Origin: Ignavibacteria bacterium
GTDB lineage: Bacteria; Elusimicrobiota; Endomicrobiia; PHAN01
Length of the DNA stretch: 49,778 nt
Reading direction: 5' to 3'
Assembly: GCA_041694835.1 (NCBI GenBank)
Contig: JBGFRZ010000036.1
Span: forward strand, 1-49,778
The position numbers were made by a program, and so were the translations under genes. Below the pieces are notes generated by a model. The model searched no databases, had not been told where the DNA came from, and was given only the letters and a program-made list of their open reading frames with translations. The first letter of the stretch is position 1. Each line of letters opens with the position of its first letter. Below are positions 46,028-49,778 of the stretch, in pieces.

Positions 46028-47018
46028 TCGAAAACTTCGACCAGAGATCGTTTATGAGTTTGTCGCATGTCATACCCTCAGCTTCAGCGGCGTAGTTGAG
46101 GATGATTCTGTGTCTCAATGCGGGATGTATCACTTTCGCCACGTCCTCTTTGGAAACCGTGAACCTTCCGTTCAATATGGCGTTTGCCTTGGCAGCGAGA
46201 ACTATGCTCTGTGAACCCCGCGGCCCCGCCCCCCATTGTATGTATTTTTTTGTCGTTTCGCCTGTGGTATCTAAATCGGGTCTCGTAGAGCTTACGAAGT
46301 TTACGACGAGCTCGAGTATGTTGTCCGAAACGGGGAGTTCGCGAACGATGTTCTGAATCGAGAGTATCTCCCCAGCATCGAGTTTTTTCTCGACGAAAAA
46401 ATCAGAAAGAGAAGTTGTTCTTTCCACTATCAATTTTTCCTCGTCTTTTTTCGGGTAGGAAATATTTATCTGGAAGAAAAACCTGTCGAGCTGGGCTTCG
46501 GGTAGAGGGTATGTTCCCTCCTGTTCTATCGGATTTTGGGTTGCGAGGACGAAAAACGGCGGCTCAAGAGGATATGTCTTTCCGGCGGAAGTTATGTGAA
46601 GCTCCTGCATTGCTTCAAGAAGGGCGCTCTGCGTTTTCGGCGGAGTCCTGTTTATTTCGTCTGCAAGGAGTATCTGTGTAAATATCGGACCTTTCATGAA
46701 TTTGAAAATCTTCTGCGACGTTTCCGGGTCTTCTTGTATTATCTCGGTGCCTATTATGTCAGATGGCATTAAATCCGGGGTGAATTGTATCCTTGAGAAC
46801 TTGAGTCCGAGTATCTTTGAGAGCGTCGAAACGAGAAGTGTCTTTGCCAGACCCGGAACCCCCACTATGAGGCAATGTCCTTTGCTGAAAAAGGCCAGGA
46901 GCATCTGGTCCATGACTTCGTTCTGTCCTATTATTATTTTTGAGAGTTGTTCTTTTATGGATTTGTGAGCGGAAACGAGTTTTTCGACGAGGGCTGTGCT
47001 TTTGTTTTCTTTCGCCAT
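46020..47018 (-). CDS. moxR: MoxR-family AAA+ ATPase
   Basis: GVPGLAKT, RIQFTPDLMPSDIIG, LADEINRTPPKTQSALLEAMQE, ATQNPIEQEGTYPLPEAQLDRF. Confidence 0.95.
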   Translation of the reverse strand: MAKENKSTALVEKLVSAHKSIKEQLSKIIIGQNEVMDQMLLAFFSKGHCLIVGVPGLAKTLLVSTLSKILGLKFSRIQFTPDLMPSDIIGTEIIQEDPETSQKIFKFMKGPIFTQILLADEINRTPPKTQSALLEAMQELHITSAGKTYPLEPPFFVLATQNPIEQEGTYPLPEAQLDRFFFQINISYPKKDEEKLIVERTTSLSDFFVEKKLDAGEILSIQNIVRELPVSDNILELVVNFVSSTRPDLDTTGETTKKYIQWGAGPRGSQSIVLAAKANAILNGRFTVSKEDVAKVIHPALRHRIILNYAAEAEGMTCDKLINDLWSKFSNE

Positions 47019-47084
47019 AGTTTTCTCCAAATATCCGTCCTATTGGTTATCGGAACAAATTAAATTTTCCATACATTTTTCTTT

Positions 47085-47963
47085 CTAACTTCTCGGATGG
47101 AATCTCTTGTGCATTTCTTTCAACCGGCTTTTTTCGACATGAGTGTAAATCTGGGTTGTGGATATAGATGAATGTCCGAGCATCTCCTGGATGCTTCTCA
47201 AATCCGCCCCCCCCTGAAGAAGATGCGATGCGAAGGAGTGACGTATTGTGTGTGGTGTTATGTTCTTTGAGATTTTAGCCGATTTAGCAATTTTTTTCAA
47301 CCTTTTCCAGATGGCGACCCTGCTCAAAGGCTTTCCGGAGTTGTTCGGGAAAACGTAGTCAGAAAACTCTATTTTTTTCGAAAAGACATTGAGATATTTT
47401 TTCAGAAATAGAATAGACGTCTCGTCCATCGGAACAATCCTTTCTTTACCGCCTTTTCCCTTAACTTTTACGAAACCAAGGTTTAAATCAAGATTTTTCT
47501 TCCTAAGATTCAACGTCTCCGAAATCCTCAACCCCGAGGCGTACATCAGCTCGACCATCGCCCTGAAGCGGAGTGCATTTGGTTTTTTGAACGGAATCGC
47601 GCAAAGTAGCCGCGACATCTCGTCTTTCGTAAGGAAATCCGGCAAATAAAGATGAGATTTCGGCAGCTGCATAAATGCCGTCGGGTCGACAGCGAAGTCG
47701 TTTTCCAATATCAGAAACCTGAAAAACTGTCTTATCGATTCAAGGTTTCTGTAAATACTTTTCGAAGAAAGTCCGTTTTTTTTTCTTTGCCAAAGATATT
47801 CGGTCACAGTGTCATGGTCCACTTTTTCTGTGGGGATTCCGTTTTTTTTCAGGTACTCGAAAAAGAACCTGATGTCCGTTTTATATGAGACCACCGTATT
47901 TAGAGAAAGCCCTTTTGCCGCCGACATATAGCTTTCGAATTCGGGTATTAATTTTTTATTCAT
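47085..47963 (-). CDS. xerD: Site-specific tyrosine recombinase XerD
   Basis: ELMYASGLRISE, GKGGKERIVP, TPHTIRHSFASHLLQGGADLRSIQEMLGHSSISTTQIYTHV, FHPR. Confidence 0.9.
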   Translation of the reverse strand: MNKKLIPEFESYMSAAKGLSLNTVVSYKTDIRFFFEYLKKNGIPTEKVDHDTVTEYLWQRKKNGLSSKSIYRNLESIRQFFRFLILENDFAVDPTAFMQLPKSHLYLPDFLTKDEMSRLLCAIPFKKPNALRFRAMVELMYASGLRISETLNLRKKNLDLNLGFVKVKGKGGKERIVPMDETSILFLKKYLNVFSKKIEFSDYVFPNNSGKPLSRVAIWKRLKKIAKSAKISKNITPHTIRHSFASHLLQGGADLRSIQEMLGHSSISTTQIYTHVEKSRLKEMHKRFHPRS

Positions 47964-47967
47964 TTTT

Positions 47968-48015
47968 ATCGTCGAAAGTCTCGAACAAATGTTCGAATTC
48001 TCCGTCTGAGAAATA
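47968..48015. repeat. Palindromic element with SOS-box-like core, copy D (diverged flanks)
   Basis: TCGAACAAATGTTCGAAT..TCCGTCTGAGAAA; core at 47982-47995, 18 nt upstream of the xerD ATG. Confidence 0.8.
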
Positions 48016-48044
48016 TTTACACGGCGTCCCGGGCAGGTGTGGGG

Positions 48045-48659
48045 TTAGAGCCTAAAAAATGGATTAAGTTTTTTTTCCTCGAAAAGCGTGGTCGAAGGGC
48101 CGTGTCCGGGATACAGCAGAAAATTCTTTTGAAGCTTAAGAAATCTCAAGAGCGTTTTGTCCATGGCGGCATCGTCACCCCCTGGCAGGTCGCATCTTCC
48201 CACGGAGTTTTTAAATATGGTGTCTCCCGTAAAAATGAAGTCGTCTCCGAAAAGACATATCCCCCCCGCTGTGTGCCCCGGCGTGTGCCATACGCCAAGA
48301 GAAAAACTTTCCTCTTCTATTTTTTGGCCTTCCGTCAGAGCTATGTCGCCGGGCGGCGAGATGATAATGCGTTCATGGAAATATGAAAGATTTTTTTCAG
48401 GATTTACCAGCGACGGAAACTCGAGCGAATGAGCGTATATCGGAATCGAGTATTTTTTTTTGATCTGTGCGTTCGCTCCTATATGATCGGCGTGAGAGTG
48501 GGTGTTGATTATGCCGAGCGGTTTGATTTTTTTCGATTCAATGAAATCAATGATTTTATCAGGTTCAGCACCAGGATCTATTATAAGAGCGTTATTGTCG
48601 GCGTCCGTGTATATATAGCAATTTGTAGACATCTCGCCAACTACCAGAGTATTTATCAT
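48045..48659 (-). CDS. MBL-fold metallo-hydrolase (glyoxalase II/YcbL-like)
   Basis: TNCY, IDPG, THSHADHIG, HTPGHT.G, FTGDT, PGHG. Confidence 0.92.
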   Translation of the reverse strand: MINTLVVGEMSTNCYIYTDADNNALIIDPGAEPDKIIDFIESKKIKPLGIINTHSHADHIGANAQIKKKYSIPIYAHSLEFPSLVNPEKNLSYFHERIIISPPGDIALTEGQKIEEESFSLGVWHTPGHTAGGICLFGDDFIFTGDTIFKNSVGRCDLPGGDDAAMDKTLLRFLKLQKNFLLYPGHGPSTTLFEEKKLNPFFRL

Positions 48660-48772
48660 TTAATCGCTCCCGTTATTGTTCGCAAAAGCGTCTCTATATG
48701 TGTAAGACGCTTGTCTTCAAGTTTTTGAAGCTTTGCCGCCAAGGTGGCCGTCAAAAGATAAATGCATTTCAT
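48656..48772 (-). CDS. 38-aa small ORF or gene remnant
   Basis: MKCIYLLTATLAAKLQKLEDKRLTHIETLLRTITGAIK; ATGA overlaps with both neighbours. Confidence 0.4.
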   Translation of the reverse strand: MKCIYLLTATLAAKLQKLEDKRLTHIETLLRTITGAIK

Positions 48773-49212
48773 AACGTTCTCCAAAAAAAAGATGCCAAAT
48801 TTATAGTCGCTATGGTGTAGAAAGCGGCCAGCATATCATCGAATACAACGCCCCACGCATCGGGGAAGGATTGTATTTCCTTAATTCCCCATGGCTTGAG
48901 TACATCGAAAAATCTGAAAACGGCAAAAGCCGATACCCTGAAAAATATTTCATTTGGTACAAAGCACAAAGCGGCCCACATCCCCAGCATCTCGTCTATA
49001 ACTATCCTTGGATCGTCCTTGCTGTCGACATATTTTTGAGTTTTTGATATGATGATGAGCGAGAAGAAAAAAAGGATTCCTGTAAGCGTGAACGAAAATT
49101 TTTGAGGAATAAACCAAAATGTAGCCAGGCCAAAAAGCGAGCCCATCGTTCCGGGCGCCACCGGTATGAATCCTACGCCAAAAAGGGATGAAAATAGAAA
49201 GGAAACATTCAT
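48769..49212 (-). CDS. pgpA: Phosphatidylglycerophosphatase A
   Basis: GFIPVAPGTMGS, DDPRIVIDEMLG, FRFFDVLKPW, GVVFDD; ATG 49212 overlaps the pgsA stop. Confidence 0.93.
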   Translation of the reverse strand: MNVSFLFSSLFGVGFIPVAPGTMGSLFGLATFWFIPQKFSFTLTGILFFFSLIIISKTQKYVDSKDDPRIVIDEMLGMWAALCFVPNEIFFRVSAFAVFRFFDVLKPWGIKEIQSFPDAWGVVFDDMLAAFYTIATINLASFFWRTL

Positions 49213-49778
49213 TTTAAGAGGTGCTTGTATTTTGAAATATATCTTGCTCCAGAGTAGAGCGTCAGTATGGTTATTAGAAACATCAGTAAGAATGGTATAG
49301 GTGTGATGGGATGAAGCCATGTCACGGGCTCTTTTGCATACTCCATCACGTAAGACCTTGTAACGAGGACAAGAAGAATGGATATAACGGCGGCGCTCTG
49401 GGAGGTGGTTTTAAATTTTCCGTATCTGTCGGCGGAGATTATTACGTTTTTTGTCGCGGCCACAGCGCGCAGTCCGGTTATTACGAATTCCCTTGAAATT
49501 ATCACAATGACGGTCCACGCCGGTATGTTAAGTTCTTCCAAACCCACGAAAGAAATAAGCGCCGAGGATATCAGAAGTTTGTCGGCAAGAGGGTCGAGAA
49601 AAGCGCCGAGGGTTGTGGTTTCGTTTCTTTTTCTGGCGAAATATCCGTCATAGGCGTCGGATAGCATTCCGAGAACAAATAAAATGAGGGCGGAAATCTT
49701 TGCTATAAAATTATCGTAATACAAAAGAATGATGAAGAACGGGATTACCGATATCCTGAATACTGTGAGCTTTAGCGC
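49209..49778 (-). CDS. pgsA: CDP-diacylglycerol--glycerol-3-phosphate 3-phosphatidyltransferase (5' end outside window)
   Basis: DAYDGYFAR, GAFLDPLADK, SREFVITGLR, GKFKT; frame open to the window end (LTVFRI). Confidence 0.93.
   Translation of the reverse strand, partial: ALKLTVFRISVIPFFIILLYYDNFIAKISALILFVLGMLSDAYDGYFARKRNETTTLGAFLDPLADKLLISSALISFVGLEELNIPAWTVIVIISREFVITGLRAVAATKNVIISADRYGKFKTTSQSAAVISILLVLVTRSYVMEYAKEPVTWLHPITPIPFLLMFLITILTLYSGARYISKYKHLLK

Noticed and set aside
47085-47963. Tyrosine recombinase as a phage or island integrase
   Set aside because: Typical housekeeping XerD motifs and length, with no phage genes nearby

Overview
A core-chromosome window from a diderm bacterium; gene content and order suggest an Elusimicrobiota-like lineage, which is an inference only. 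The left two-thirds is mostly + strand housekeeping: htpX, rlmN, a PASTA protein, rpe, rpsP-khpA, rpsF-ssb-rpsR-rplI-dnaB-alr, mlaEFD, radA, aroCKB, glnA, iscS-mnmA, a two-domain amidase, two SLH/porin-like genes, tRNA-Glu(CTC), flbD-motA-motB, ppdK and ndk. An OFA-type MFS gene and a DUF2723/TPR gene lie on the - strand. The right third is one long - strand run: pgsA-pgpA, MBL hydrolase, xerD, a MoxR/DUF58/vWA/DUF4159 cluster, parA, a mini-LexA, parB, two unknown genes and an M48 peptidase, with two parS sites upstream of parA. The most interesting signal is a protease-less LexA-type DNA-binding protein between parA and parB. It co-occurs with five copies of the exact 14-mer CGAACATTTGTTCG, a Gram-positive-type SOS box: four sit in ~50-bp palindromic elements at gene junctions and one is inside mnmA. 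The intergenic DNA is dense with non-autonomous mobile elements and no transposase is present. These include a CCCC...GGGG family with exact 4-bp target duplications (nested in one place, and rewriting the mini-LexA start codon in another), a GAG...CTC family inserted at -10 boxes, and a ~200-bp inverted pair. Other oddities: tRNA half-genes bracketing tRNA-Glu, a 43-bp motif shared by the mlaF and flbD starts, an S6:S18-like leader displaced from rpsF, and a catalytically dead second amidase domain. All calls were made by eye; no database searches were run.
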